From NCBI GenBank assembly GCA_963693365.1, contig CAVNZM010000001.1, forward strand, positions 15,610,418-15,674,417: a DNA stretch of 64,000 nucleotides. The letters run 5' to 3'. The stretch is from Amoebidium appalachense. Taxonomy: Eukaryota; Protista; Ichthyosporea. Both the position numbers and the translations under genes were made by a program. Below the pieces are notes generated by a model. The model ran no database searches. It was given only the letters and a program-made list of their open reading frames with translations, and had not been told where the DNA came from. Shown here piece by piece: positions 1-31,374 of this stretch. Every line of letters starts with the position of its first letter. Positions within the stretch are counted from its first letter, which is position 1.

Positions 1-38
1 ACCTTCCCCCCCCTCCCCCCCCCCCCCTCCCCCCCCCA

Positions 39-18101
<18,063 letters not shown>

Positions 18102-18773
18102 GGCGGATAGATGCTTGCGTGCACATCAGAAGCTCATAATCTAACGCACATCGGCATTCCCATGTTGTTTTAAAAGGTACGGTGTGAGAGGCAGTACTGA
18201 ACGTTTCGAAAAGCTATAAACGAAAACCAGGCACCTTCTTGAACATCTGCCGTCACTTCAGTTGAACTCATGCAAGCGAGAAAGTCGTTCGCAAGCAGCA
18301 CCTCCCAGCACAGTAATGGACTATAAAGAGGCTGCTTTTAATGAATATGCTCTAGCTTAGAAACTATCACGTGTCCTACAACATCGGAATCTCAAAATAG
18401 GAGACAACTCCAGCAAGGACTCCAGCATCAGCCGACTAGGCCGATGGCTTTGTTCAAGATGCCCGGGGCTGTTGTGATATTCCCGAGGTTCATCCCTCTG
18501 AGCCACGTTTCTTTGATTGGCTTAGCGTGCATCACGGTTTTATTGCTGCCATGCTATCCAATCATACCATAGCTTCGCACATGCTTTACAACATCTTTGC
18601 GCAATGTCAATATCAAGCAATAAAGTTGGTGCACCAGCCTCCGCAGGCTCATGGTCACAGTGTTGCCGCGCCCGCAGTTTCAAGTCACCGTGAAGTTACA
18701 AATCAGTAATGTAACATCGATACCAGCCGCGAGTCCTATAGAACCCAAGCACACGTTTGGTTAACTGAAAACG

Positions 18774-19034
18774 ATGGGCCTCCAAAGCAGGCCCGCTCTA
18801 GCTTGCGTAGTGCACTTTCAAGCACTCAAGCTTAGTTGTAGGCAAACATCGGCTTCAACACCAGCGCTAACAACAAGGAGAGGATATGCAAGCGCAACCA
18901 CCCAGAAACTAACTGAACAGGCAAGCTGGCCGTATCGTTTTGACAGGGATACGTTCAGTGAGAAGATAGCTGAGGGAATATATAGAGGTACTTACAGCGA
19001 TAACTGGAACATTGTCAAGGTGAGTGAAAAGGCT

Positions 19035-19070
<36 letters not shown>

Positions 19071-19680
19071 ACCCAAGGCAGCTAGAGGCTTTGTTATAAG
19101 ATTGCAATTTCTTACGTGAACCAACCATTTCGGACAGGTTCATCAATTTTCCTAACAAACAGGCTTCTGTTTTCTCACTTTCTCTTGAGGTCGTCGGGAG
19201 CCTGCTTTAACCTGCAGCCTCTGTTGGGTATACAAACGAGTTAATATTTCATGACCTCACTTGCAAAACATGAGTTGTTCCCTTGACATTCCCTTACACA
19301 TGTGTTTCACTCGCGTGCGCGCGCACGCACACACGCATACACAAACAACGGCACACACATAAACACTTACACGCACACACTTGCACGCACACACTCACTC
19401 ACTCATCCACTCATCCACTACTTACTCACTCACTCACAATTTCACTCTAACCCGGTTGACACAGTTCCCAAATGGAGGCTATGTTCTGGCCTGTGCAGTG
19501 CGGGCCATGCAGCAGGAGACCGGCCTCACACCCCTCTCTCTAAGTGCCAACTACCTCGGCCCCGCTCAGTCCAACCTGCCCTATACGGTGCATCTCGAAA
19601 CGGTTAAGCAGGGAAAATCAAAGGCCACTTTGTGTGCAAGGTCACTCTTCCCCCCGCCTTCCACACGGTTGCTTCCTCTG

Positions 19681-19734
<54 letters not shown>

Positions 19735-20915
19735 CCCCCCCCCCCCTCCCCCCCCCCCCCCTCTCTCCCCCTCCCTCCCTCTCTCTCGCTCTCGCTCTCT
19801 GTCTCTCACTCTCTCTTCCTCTCACTCCCCCCCCCCCCCCCCCCCGGTGTCTCTCCCCTTTCCAGGGAAGTATCACACACACACATGCCTTCTTGCTCTT
19901 GGCTTGCACTTTTTTTGAACTGTGCCCTCTCCCACCCGCCTTCCCTCCCCTTGGAAGCCCTCCGTCTTGCCACACACACACAGGTAGCAAGAGGGTATAC
20001 AGTTTTCTTGATAAGTGTAGCACAAAGAAAGTGGGTGTGGTTCTTCAAAGTCGGTTGGAGCATGCTGGATAGGACGAAAGACGGTGGTGAGGGACAGCAG
20101 TTATGCTGGTGTGTGCGGTGGGCGGGCGGGCGGGGGGGGGGGGGGGGGGGGGGGGGGAGGGGGGGGGGACGGGAGCTGCTTATTAGCATCGTTTCTCTTC
20201 TTGCCACAAGGTTGCCTTTCCCTGACAGACAATTTTATTGTTTGCTGGCTTGGTGCCAGACCTCATTGTACTGAGTCTCTTTACTTGTTTAGAGTTGCTA
20301 ATGAACCGTTGCCCATGCAGGGTATTCCAGAACGATCGAGAGCATGTTCGTGTCATGGGCACGCTCGTGCCCCCAGGCTCACTCGACGCCAGTGGACGAG
20401 AGCACCTCTTCCCCCGTTTACGCAAGCTGAGCCCCCCCTCCGCTCCGCCCCTCACCACCTTCAATCAAACTATGGCCAGCCTCGCCAGCCGCCTTTTCAC
20501 CCCACGTGCATTTCGCATGGCCAAGCACATGGAAACATTGGTCTCCCCGCAGAATCTTATGTGGATGATTGGACGGCCAACTGGACGTGCCGAGCTCAGC
20601 GGGTGGATAAGATTCAAGGACAAAAGGCCCATTGATAACCTCGCCCTGACCCTTTTGTGTGACGCATTCCCTCCACCTGTGCTTGATGTTGGGTACAAGT
20701 CTTGGGTGCCAACCATAGATCTTTCACTGCATGTGCGAAGCAATGTTTCCCCGGGGACCGAATGGGTAAAGTGCGTGTTCCGCTCAAACGCGGTACAGGC
20801 CGGGTACGTAGAGGAAGATGGGGAGCTGTGGGATGAAAACGGAAATTTGCTGGCTATGTCACGTCAGTTGGCACAGTTGTTTCCCATGAGTGATTCACGA
20901 CCAACCGTGTTGTAA
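18774..20915 (+). CDS. Acyl-CoA thioesterase, TesB-like double hot-dog family, with probable mitochondrial targeting sequence
   Basis: Exons 18774-19019, 19465-19640 and 20321-20915 have GT-AG boundaries and consistent phase. Motifs: WNIVKFPNGGY, SLSANYLGP, LCDAFPPP, WVPTIDLSLH, GYVEEDGELWDENGNLLAMSRQLA. The N-terminus is Arg/Ser-rich (RRGYASA). Confidence 0.9.
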
Positions 20916-21562
20916 TTGTAGTGCACCGTATGTGCCTGGCAAGAAGGGTATGTAAAAGGACGCCGGGCAGGGGGAAGAGTGGGCGAGGCGGGGGGGGGGA
21001 GAGCGGGGGAGGGGGGGGGGGGGGGGGGGGTAGCAGTCATTTAAGAAAAATGTACGTCTTGGCATGGATCCGGAGCCATGGGTACGGGGCATTTTTTTTT
21101 CTTACTCTTGTATTTACATCAACTTTCACGGGTTTTGACGAATCCCAAACTTTGTCCGTGGGTACCGCTGTATTATACTGAGCAACCTACACGGGTCGTA
21201 GGCCAAAATGGAACAGAACACAACCGTTAGCTGCAGCACTCTATATCTGTTCCCCTCGGTAGACAAAGTGGTACCAGGTCATGTTGAAAGGGAGAGAAGA
21301 CGGATCTGGACCCAATCCTAGGCAGGCTGATGGATGTAGCTAATTAGCTAGCTGACCGGCCGCGGTAACCCGGCCCCAAGCGGCCGCACCTTCATAACGA
21401 CACCGTGGCCACGTTGCATGCGTGCAATGCTTGAGATAAAGGGGTCACAAAACCTTGAAAAACTGTGAATCCAAAAGAGAGAAATCTACACCAAGGTCAC
21501 ACCAACAACGCTCTCGAAGATATACCAAGCAGAGTGGTGAAGTGAACGTTCAGCCTCTTTTA

Positions 21563-23905
21563 GGGCCTGTTTGGCAACGCGGAGTTACGAACTCCGGCGT
21601 AGACCATACGTATACGCCGGGTATCAAATCAGTATCCAGATTCTGACTTGTAATCCGGATTTAGGTCAAAACCTGGCGTAGATAACCGCTCGTGCCAAAC
21701 AGACAACACTTTTTTCAGCTTCGTTTACCAAGTCACATTGCGCAAGTTTTACGTTGATCGGAGTGCGCATACTTTGCACGTATATCGTACCTAGGACTCA
21801 GTACTATTTTTTTTGTAGTGACTGTGCAGGGGTTTACACACTTTTTATTGCGTGGACACTGCCGGAGGCCCAGCATTCGACGGCCTACTGCGTTTTCCAG
21901 CACAGCCAATCAAATGCAGCCAGTGACATATGTACATGCTAGGCAACAATGAGCGCCATCCTAGTATCTGACACCCCTAATACATATTATGGGTATCTGA
22001 CACCCCTATTACATATTATGGGTAAGCAGAGGCTAGCATCGGTAGCTCCGAAAGAAAGTTAAGGCACCGGATCACAATATCATACTGTGCAGCATTAATA
22101 AGGTGATCTAGGATAGTCATCTTAAAACGGTTATATTGAGGAAGAGAGGAAGAAAAGAGAATAAAACCGCCAATAACCTCCGGTTCTACTACATTAGCTA
22201 AGGGCCTGTTTGGCAACCCGGGTTTAGGGTCCTAAATCCGGATTACGGGCGATTTTGGGTTTAGCGCTAAATCCAAATCTCAAAATCCAGCCGCTGCCAA
22301 ACAGACGGCCAGATCCGGTCACGTAAATCTGGGTTTCAAACCCCTCGGACATGGCCGTAATCTGGATTCCACTAATCCACCTCGGGAGGTGGATTAGCGC
22401 GAAATCCTTTCAGGTCCTGAATGTCCGACCCAATGAATGTTCATTTTATGGAACTATATATGGTGTCCTTTTGCACCAATCGTCGATAGTTTGAAGTGGC
22501 CAAAAAAGGATTGTTGAAAGGGCGCCAAACCAAACTTCCGTTGCTGGCAGCATGTGGATACTGAGTGGGCTGCGACAGCTGTGCCTTGAACTGCGACACC
22601 TGCACCAACGCACGGACTTGCACGTGGGGAACGTTATAAAAACAGACACGCACCTCACTTCTCATTCTTTTCCTACCCTCTGCGGCCGTCCAGCCCGAGT
22701 CTTCCAGTAGCACAGTACACTTGTAGATAATCTTGTTTGAACCGACAAGACGCCTGCAAACCTCAACATCGAATCACAGAGTGACAGTCCCCCACAGTCA
22801 GCCAAACCGTCGACTGAGGCGGTTGAAAAGACACGTATGAGATTTACGGGAGAAGAAAGCAAGTTCGTTGTAGACGATTTTCTTAGCCTCTCACTCAGGA
22901 AACTTGATTCGGGAGGCAAGAGCCTTAAAAAGGCTCAATGGAATGGAATGGCCGGTCGTTTCCATGAACAGCAGAGCAAATCTAACCCGAAATCGTACGT
23001 GGGCTGTTTGGCATCCATGGGTTATCTACCCGGCTTAACCCAGGTTTCGGCTGAGATCCGGATTCTGCAGCATAATCTGGATCTCGATTTTGATATCCAG
23101 ATATCCCTTGAAATCCAGATTACACTAACCCGCGTTGCCAAACAGGCCCTAACAGGTTGCATTTATTGATAGATATGTATGTATTTGTATACACTGTGAT
23201 GATACCATTTGCGTATATAACAACAACAACGTTTCCGGTTGCAAAACCATTATGTATTTAGCACGAAACATGGCCCTTTCGGCCGCAGTTGCAGCAATTG
23301 CATTCTTTTCTTCCCCCTACAGGCATCTTGTCGGTTCAGACAATCTTGACCGATGTGCAAAAGATTGTCTAATGGTAAAAAAAAAGTTGCCTACAAGTTG
23401 GCCGCGAAGAGGAAGAATAGTTGAGGGGGGTCTTGTTTTTATACGACTTACCACACGTGGCCGGCTGTGTGTGGCTGTGTCGGCAGCGGCCTGCGCTGGG
23501 CCGCGGGCTGTCGCAGGCTCACCAGCAAGCTGGCCATGCCGGTGACAACGGACTTTCCGTTTGGCGCCTTTTCCACTTTAACTTTTTTTGGCTAATCTTG
23601 AAAAGCCGACATTTGGCTGAGAGAGAAATGTAAAAAGGTCTCACGAGTCACGACATGAGTTTTCATTGGTTTAGACCTTCACACGGCGTTGAACATTTCG
23701 CGCATAATCCACCTCCGGAGGTGGATTATAGAAATTGGAGTACAAGCGTCAAGCGATGTCCAAGGGGTTTGAAACCCGGCGTACACAGGCCAGATTGGGC
23801 CGTCTGTTTGGTATCGCGGATTTCAGAAAATCCGCTTTAGCCCTAACTCCAAAATCACTCTGACTCCGGAGTATGGCCGCTAACTCCGCGTTGCCAAACA
23901 GGCCC
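21563..23905. mobile_element. Non-autonomous PIF/Harbinger (Tourist-like) element, outer copy
   Basis: 25-bp terminal inverted repeats GGGCCTGTTTGGCAACGCGGAGTTA (from 21563) and its reverse complement ending at 23905. Flanks are TTA and TAA, both TWA-type targets but not identical. Subterminal GCCAAACAGAC motifs are present. Confidence 0.8.
22202..23149. mobile_element. PIF/Harbinger deletion derivative nested in the outer element, with a Myb/SANT-like ORF remnant
   Basis: TIRs GGGCCTGTTTGGCAAC(C/G)CGGGTT at both ends, with a TAA duplication on both flanks (22199-22201, 23150-23152). The internal ORF from 22837 (RFTGEESKFVVDDF...KSLKKAQWNGMAGRF) resembles the Myb/SANT-like DNA-binding protein of Harbinger elements. 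Confidence 0.8.
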
Positions 23906-24733
23906 TAATAAAGCTGACTCCGATGAACCGGCCTGAGGCTTGCAGTGACGTCAGTTTACCGACCGATGTAACTTGGCGATTGGTCCAGAACGTACCAGCC
24001 TGCCAGCCTCTAGTCACTTTGAGTGCTGTCTCCCTGCGGCTCTAACATACCTTGTAGGTTGCCGCAGGCGACAGTCACTAGACAAAGTTGGATCGTGCGT
24101 AATCGGATCTGGTTTTACTGGCGAGCAATGAGTGGCTACAAATCACGCTAATCATTAAATATGAAATGAGGTTTGAAAGGCTTTTGGCGGGAATACCAGG
24201 AGGAGATATGATTGGGTTTGGATGTCCCGATCTCTGAGCGAAGCAAAAATGCCCAACAGTGAACAAGGCGGCCCTTTTCAGTCCACGTACGTAGATGAGG
24301 CAACAACGTTCGAAGCAGCTGGCTTTATTGTGCGCGGCTTGCTTGTGCTTCCACGCGAATTCAATGTTCCTTTCCGCGGCCTCTCCACTTCTTATTCATA
24401 TGACATGTTTCAACTTCTCAAATGCACATTCTGAATCACATGTGACTGACTGACTTCAGTGTATCCAAGCCAAGAACCTCAGGGGATGCAAGTAGATGCC
24501 GTGCAGATCATGGCAAAACACGTTAATTAGATTTTAATCCTGTGCACATATTTGATACGAAAGATGGAACAAAGAGATGTGAGTGCAGTGCTCGCCGTAC
24601 GCGCCACCTTGACCTTGTTTGTGCCAAAAAAAAAAAAAAAAACTACTCTTAAAATTATGTGCACACCTGAAATCTCCATCCAGATCTATATAGCGTACAC
24701 AACACCTCCCTCTTCCCCTCCCCCTCCCCGCGC

Positions 24734-24771
<38 letters not shown>

Positions 24772-24786
24772 TCTCCTCCCCCCCCC

Positions 24787-24817
<31 letters not shown>

Positions 24818-26108
24818 ACACACATACCACATTCACCAAAATACAAATGCACACACACACAGTCCATCGATCCACCCAGTAAGACGATGCAATGGCCGTA
24901 TCATCACGTATGCGATAAAGGCCGTCGACGGCTCTGCACGCGGGGCAGCTGTCGAGGGATCTGGACGAGGAAGGGAGAGGGACGATGCGGGAGGCGCGGG
25001 AGGGGGGAGGGGGGAGGGGGAGGAGGAGGGGGGGGGGGGGGAGGGGGGGGGGTTGCAAGCACCAAGCATGGTACCGGTGACACAGCATGCACACGGTCTG
25101 TGTAGAGGGGGGAACTCTAGGGGGGGGGGGGGGGGGGGGGGGGGGCAGCGCATGCCAGCATGGATCTCTCATTTCTCTCGTATGCGCACGCACCAGGCTA
25201 TATCATGATTTATCCATTTCCCGCTAACAGCACCATCCAAATGGCTTATTTACAAAATGTTACAAATTCGATGCCAAGCAATTGCTCGTGAAGCATGATT
25301 GCCTATTATGTGGCTGCCAATATCATTCGCCCGCCTTGTGTGAGCAATGTCTCTGGGCTTATCCCCGACCAATTCATTCATGCTTATACACTGCAACGAC
25401 CTAGTCACACAGAGCGCACCCACTCGCGGCATTCCCTTACTATGATACAACTATATCTATCTACAAATATGCAAAGACATTTGCTTGCTTACATATATTT
25501 ACAATACGATACCTTCCTACGGTTGCATACATGCTGCCCAGGCAAGAACTCGATGTGACTTGGCTGGAGACCATGTGTTGTTGCTAGTTGATTGTGCGTT
25601 GGTCCTGCACATCAGATGCCCGATTTAGTTATCTGGAGGAAGGAGCGTGCTTTGTAGGGGCCGGTGTGTGTGCATATCATTTTGTGTGTAAGCATGCATG
25701 TGCGCATGTACCTGTGTGCCTGTGTGTGCGCGCTCGTGTGCAACAATGTGTGTGTGTAGTGTGTGCAGGTATGTGCCAGCGTGTGTGTGCGCGGGCGCGT
25801 GTGTGGGTATGTGTGTGTGTGTGCGTATGGGTGGGTGGGTAGGTGTGGGCAGGTGGGTGGTTGGGGATCGAGTTGGTGGGTAGGTGAGTGGGTGGATGGA
25901 GGCAGTAGGGGATAGATGTTATAATAGAAGAGTGTTCAGATGGGTGGGTGTGGGGGGAGGGGGGGGGGGAGGGTTAGAAGAGTGTCTCGTTAAGTGAGCG
26001 GGGTGCGTGTCGTGTGTGTGTGTGTGTGTTGGAGAGAGGGGGGGAGGGGGGCGGGGGAAGAGAGGAGGGGGGGTTCATAGTTAACAAGGGCTTTATTGCA
26101 AAGAAGTA

Positions 26109-26149
<41 letters not shown>

Positions 26150-26333
26150 TGGACGTGAAAGATTGGGTAGGGACTCATGGTTGGGTGGTTGGGTTGGGGA
26201 ACGGGTTGGTGGGCAGCTGTGGAAGTTAGGTGGTGGTGGTGTGTGTGTGTTTTCTTTTGGGGGGGGGGGGGGGGGGGGGACAGAAGAGTGTCTCGATGGG
26301 TGGGTGGGTGTGGGGGTGTGGGGTGTGTGTGTG

Positions 26334-26367
<34 letters not shown>

Positions 26368-26429
26368 CCGGGAGAAGGGGGGGGGGTTGAAACGGGGTGG
26401 GATATTGGGTGGGTGGATGGGGGTTCTAT

Positions 26430-26597
26430 TGCGTTACAGAGTAAGAAGTACACATTCACAACCGACAACACAATGCAGATTGGAAACCACACAGAAAGAG
26501 TATTTAAACTAAGCAGAGCCCATCCTCAAGAAGGGCCCAAGTCACACACAGTACCCCGGAGTTTCGACCAATCCACCCCGCGCACGTGGGGGTACAA
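26430..26597 (-). mobile_element. Divergent copy of the structured repeat
   Basis: Retains AAGCAGAGCCCATCCTCAAGAAGGGCCCAAGTCA...GAGTTTCGACC. Confidence 0.7.
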
Positions 26598-26984
26598 CAT
26601 GGGGTGGGGGATTATGTGTGTAGGTGGTTGGGGGAACGGGTGGCTAGGTGGGCATATGGGTGGGGCGGGGGGGGGGGGGGGGGGGGGGGGGGGAGGGGGG
26701 GGGGGGGGGGAGGGGGGGGAGAGAGGGGGGGGGGGGGGGGTAGACTTGGGTGGGAGAACGGGTGGGTGGGTGGTGGAGGGACCGGGTTGATGGGTAGGTG
26801 GGTGGTTGAGTGGAGGGTGGAGGGGTGTGTGCATATGTGTGTGTGTGTGTGTGTTTGTGCATGTGTGTAAGTGTGTGAGAGGGTGTGTGCGTGTCTATGT
26901 GTGTGGCGGGGGGGGGGAGGGGGGGGGAGGGGGTAGGAGGGTGTTTCGATGGTGGGTGGGTGGGTGGGTGGGTGGGGGGCCGGA

Positions 26985-27023
<39 letters not shown>

Positions 27024-27752
27024 GACGGTGGGGAAATGGGTGGGAGGGTGTGGAAATCGCCTGGTGGTTGAGAGCATGGGGTAGGTGGACCAAAGGAGTA
27101 ATACTTTGGAAGGTGGAATATGTGGTCGGGTGGGGAAGTAGCTTGGGTTGTGAGTGTGGGGCGGGTTGACGGGCGGGTGGGAAGGGGGTCAAAAGGGGAA
27201 GAATGGTGGGGAAAGGGTGGGTTAATGGTTAGGGGTTGCGAAGTGTGTCAACGGTTTTAAGCATCTCCTACTCTTTTAATGGTTAAGAACTGATGCGTTT
27301 GGGGCGTGAATGAGGGGGGGGGGGGGGGGGGGGGGGGGGGGAGGGTATGTGTGTTTGTGTATGGGGTGGGGACAGGGCAAGAAGGGGGATCATTTACTTT
27401 GCCTCTGGCTAGCGTCGCTCAGAGGTCATCGAAGTAAGCCATCCAAGCAACTTGGATGGCCTGCCTCGGTCAGTGTGTTGATGTGCTGATGCGCTCAAGT
27501 AAACACCTAAGGGACAGCCAGAATTAGGAACCCAAGTTTAAATTTACAACACAGCAGGGTAGTGGTAGGGCGGGGGCAGCAGTAGTTGGCGTCATTTGTG
27601 CGTGTTAATAGTGTGTGTGTGTGTCCGGTGGTGGTGGTTGTGATCGAGAGGGGGGTGAGGGGGGTTGGGGGGGGGGGGGGGTTGGGGGGAGGAGGGGGGG
27701 AGGAGGGAGGGGGCCGGGAGGGGAAGGGGTACTGGGACGGCAGCAGTGGTAG

Positions 27753-27796
<44 letters not shown>

Positions 27797-30305
27797 TGGT
27801 AAGGGGGGGGGGGGGGGGGGGGGAGGGATGAAGGGGGGGAGACTGCCTGTGTGTGTTGTTTGTGTGTCAGTAAAAAGGATGAGGTCATGCATGCTACAAG
27901 CACAATAGTCGTGCAATATAAATAAGGAAATGGTTCTAAGCACGGCCACAAGCGTCAGTACAGGCTCGATGTTCTCGTCCTAAATGAGCATCCGCATGCA
28001 CCTAGGCCAAAAAACTTGCGAAAAGCCTTACCGATCTCTCATCTTTCCAAAGGGCTATCATAGTCCCTCCCTGACAACTGTAGCAGCGTATTCACGATCA
28101 AAACTTAAAAAATCCGTGTATAAAGCGGACGCTTGTATTGACGTTCCAGGAGCGTGAAATTCAAAGCATAAAGCGTACAGGGCCTAGAAGTGTGGCCTAA
28201 GCTCTTCCTTGTTTCCATATTTTCTATGCTTCACCCGAACACCCTCTCAGCTCATGTTTTTGTATGTTACCTCTTTCACTCCAAAGATTCTACTAACGAG
28301 CTGTGCCCGCTTCTTTTGCACGCTTACACGGGCTCTAAACTATTATAGGCGGTGGGCTAAGCCAGCGACTATGAAGTTACTAGCACTCCCCAAACAAAAA
28401 CCAAAAAAAAAAACATGGGAGTCCTGGGAACCATGACTACAATTAGAACGGGTGACCTTGTGCGCTTTTGAAGTTCGAACGTCGCCGGCCGGTCTGCTGT
28501 AGCCTACGCATGGCCTTACCCACCTCTCCCCTTGTCTTAATTTGGCACGTTCGCATAAAGACCCAGCTTGCCCTAGTAAAACAAAACAAATGATCCGCTC
28601 GCCCAGGTGTTTTTAATAACCAATCGGTATGCTTGACTTTAAAATTGGAGCTTTTGGATTTGTTAATACGGATTAAATACAGATTCAAGCGATATGATTG
28701 GTTAATACGGCTTCAAAGACCCGGCGGGAGACGTCCCCGCAGCGTAGTAGGGCCAGGCCCGGCCACTTACGTAAGCCAGCGCTGTGCTACCAGCCTCCTC
28801 TGACATCATCAAGACCACCACGCCCAATCACACTATTGCTTTTTAATGTGCTTTACCCACACGCGATTGGCTAGTTTTCCCCTGGGCTATCAGCGGCCTG
28901 CGCAGCCTGCCGCCGCCCGCGGCCCGCCGGTCTAGCTCCGAGCAGTGCACGGAATGGCATAGGCACGCGTGTATTCAACGTGGTAGAGCTTGGTAGTATA
29001 TACTTATAAATTCATGCACAGTTAATAAATAAATAAAAATTAGTTTTTTCCACTCTCCTTGGCATGTGGAGCCGTCAACTCCAGCCTCTATTGTAGATAT
29101 CCAGACGCAGTCATGATGGCCACGGCTCATGCGTCGCGCGAGCCTGGTAGCGCAGGTCATTGCATTGTAAGTTTGCTTGTACTTTGCATAAGTTTTGCAT
29201 TATATACTCAAAATGTAAAATATTACAAAAAATATAATAATTGATTTTTGGGACTACTTATTCGCCAATGTCTTCCTGCGTCTGCAAACAATAAAATATT
29301 TGCGACAGAAGGATAAAAAGCCCGCAGAATAATGTCAAAGCCGATAGGTTTGATTGGCGGATGTTACTGAGTCAGAGGGGTGGTAAATACCAATCTCCTC
29401 ATAGTGTCATGGTTTTGACAGTAAAGCATTTTTATTTAAATTACTCAAACCTTGAGTTTCTGTTTATCAAAATAATAATAATAATACATCAAAAAAATAT
29501 TTTAGAGCTTTTGATTGTGCAAATTGCTCTCTTTTTCCTTTTTCTCGCTAATTAGCCAGTATGACTATCGTCGGCATTCCGGCCGGGTTAACACGTTGAG
29601 GACTCTAGCCCTGCTCCATTCAGGCGGAAATCTTTCTAAGAAAGAGAGGATATCGCCTCTTAATTTTGGTGTGGAAATATTTCTTTCAAATCTATTCTAT
29701 ACATTATTTTTACTCTATAGCTATCAGTATTATCATCATACACGGCGGCACTGAGCGTATTCAGAAAAATATGCGGTAGCCAATCAAACCCCTTTGAAAC
29801 TCTAAAAAGCAATCCATGAACGGTTCGGTCCCGACCGTCAGACCACGGTTTGTAATGTCGAACCAAACCGAACCGTTATGAGACGGTTCAGACCGGTCGA
29901 ACCATGCAGATGTGTCCCGGAGGGTTTACCTGTGTAATTTTCTATGTTTATGCGTGTAGAGGTGTGCGTGGGTGCCTGTGCGTGTGTGTTTAGTGTTTTT
30001 GGGGAGCCGTTTTCCAGCGGGGAGTGAACGGTGGTGGGTCCCCCGCCTGAACTTGTTCTACTCGCCCCCCCTCCGGTTCCCTCCCGGGCCGACCCGGCCT
30101 GGCCGATCTCCTCGGCCACGGCTCAGACTGCCACAGACCGCGGTTTACGTTTGGGATGTCGAACCAAACCGAACCGAACCGCGAGGGGACGGTGTGTAAT
30201 GCATTGTGCCGGAAAACATTGCAATAGTGCAGACGCGGCATATGGTTGGCCTTACATCACGGCTTTGAATCACCGACTGATGCCTTCATAGCCGCTTGGC
30301 GGTCG

Positions 30306-30313
30306 TATATAAG
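30306..30313 (+). promoter_or_regulatory. TATA box of the SAM-domain gene
   Basis: TATATAAG lies about 80 nt upstream of ATG 30386. Confidence 0.5.
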
Positions 30314-30385
30314 GGTGCAGCCGGCCTTCGGTACTTTACTTCAACTTTCAAAAGTTACAACCAGCCTACACTACACAGCACCATA

Positions 30386-31210
30386 ATGGATTCCAATAGC
30401 TTTTTCACGGACCTGAACCCCACTGCCAAACCTTTTGACTTTCTCCCTACTCCTCCTGCATCGCCTGAGCAAAAAGCAGTTCGCCGCCATTCAGTAGGCA
30501 GTTCTATGGCCCCTGCCCCCGCCCAGTTGCGTCGACAGACAAAGAAAGACCTTGCTGCTGCCGCACGGCGCCGCCGTCACTCCGTGGATGCTCTTGACTT
30601 TGCAGGCGTGCACATCACAGATGTTGCCGGTTTTCTAAGACACATCCGCCTGCACAAGTACACGGAACACTTCGAAGGCCTGGACCTTACACTTGCACAG
30701 TTGCTTGCTATGGACGAGGCAGCTCTTGAACGGTGCGGTGTGACGGCTCAGGGTGCGCGCACACGTCTTGTCAAGGCCATTGAGCGCTACGACGAGTACC
30801 TCAACGTCCAGTGGGTGGCCTCTGCTCCCCCACAAGCAACACAACAGCCTGCCCAGCACCGGATGGTTGTTGAAAGACGTTACAGTGCCCCTCCCGCTGT
30901 TCATTCATGGGTGTTCTCCCCACCGCGCGCCGAGTCCCCCCTCGGCTCCCTGCAGCACGTGGAGGAGTATCCTCTCACAGACGATGACGATGCAGCCTCG
31001 TTGGATGAGAGGGTGGAAGAAGTAGCCGAGCAGCTGTTGTCTATTTTGGACGTTGACGAGGAAAAGGACCGTCAGAGTCTGTTTGCAAACAACCCATGGG
31101 CCTACCGCCCGGCTCCCCGCGTTGAGCAGAGCAGTGCAGGCAGGACGTATGACATCTGGGGTATGCCTATTACTGGGAAAATGAATGGTATGCGTGTGCG
31201 CGCGCTTTAA
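30386..31210 (+). CDS. Smaug/Vts1-like RNA-binding SAM-domain protein with an N-terminal PAM2-like motif (intronless)
   Basis: DVAGFLRHIRLHKYTEHFEG...LLAMDEAALERCGVTAQGARTRLVKAI matches the Smaug/Vts1 SAM signature (LRLHKY...GAR). LNPTAKPFDF resembles PAM2 (LNPxAxEFxP). The first in-frame ATG is at 30386. Confidence 0.88.
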   Translation: MDSNSFFTDLNPTAKPFDFLPTPPASPEQKAVRRHSVGSSMAPAPAQLRRQTKKDLAAAARRRRHSVDALDFAGVHITDVAGFLRHIRLHKYTEHFEGLDLTLAQLLAMDEAALERCGVTAQGARTRLVKAIERYDEYLNVQWVASAPPQATQQPAQHRMVVERRYSAPPAVHSWVFSPPRAESPLGSLQHVEEYPLTDDDDAASLDERVEEVAEQLLSILDVDEEKDRQSLFANNPWAYRPAPRVEQSSAGRTYDIWGMPITGKMNGMRVRAL

Positions 31211-31374
31211 GTGCTTGGATGAATGTAGCGTTTTCCCCCCTGCTTCTGACATACAAATATATGTATACATATAAAGACAAAGATATATAAGGCGGCTTAT
31301 GCTTGTACGTACATAATAAGACCTTTTGAGTATTTCGAAAATGAATGTAGTATTGGCTGCATGAGAGCGCCACC

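Noticed and set aside
24222-25560. Possible spliced gene (plus-strand MPNSEQGGPF... or minus-strand AVDGLYRIRDD...)
   Set aside because: Strand and exon chain could not be resolved and no domain was recognisable.
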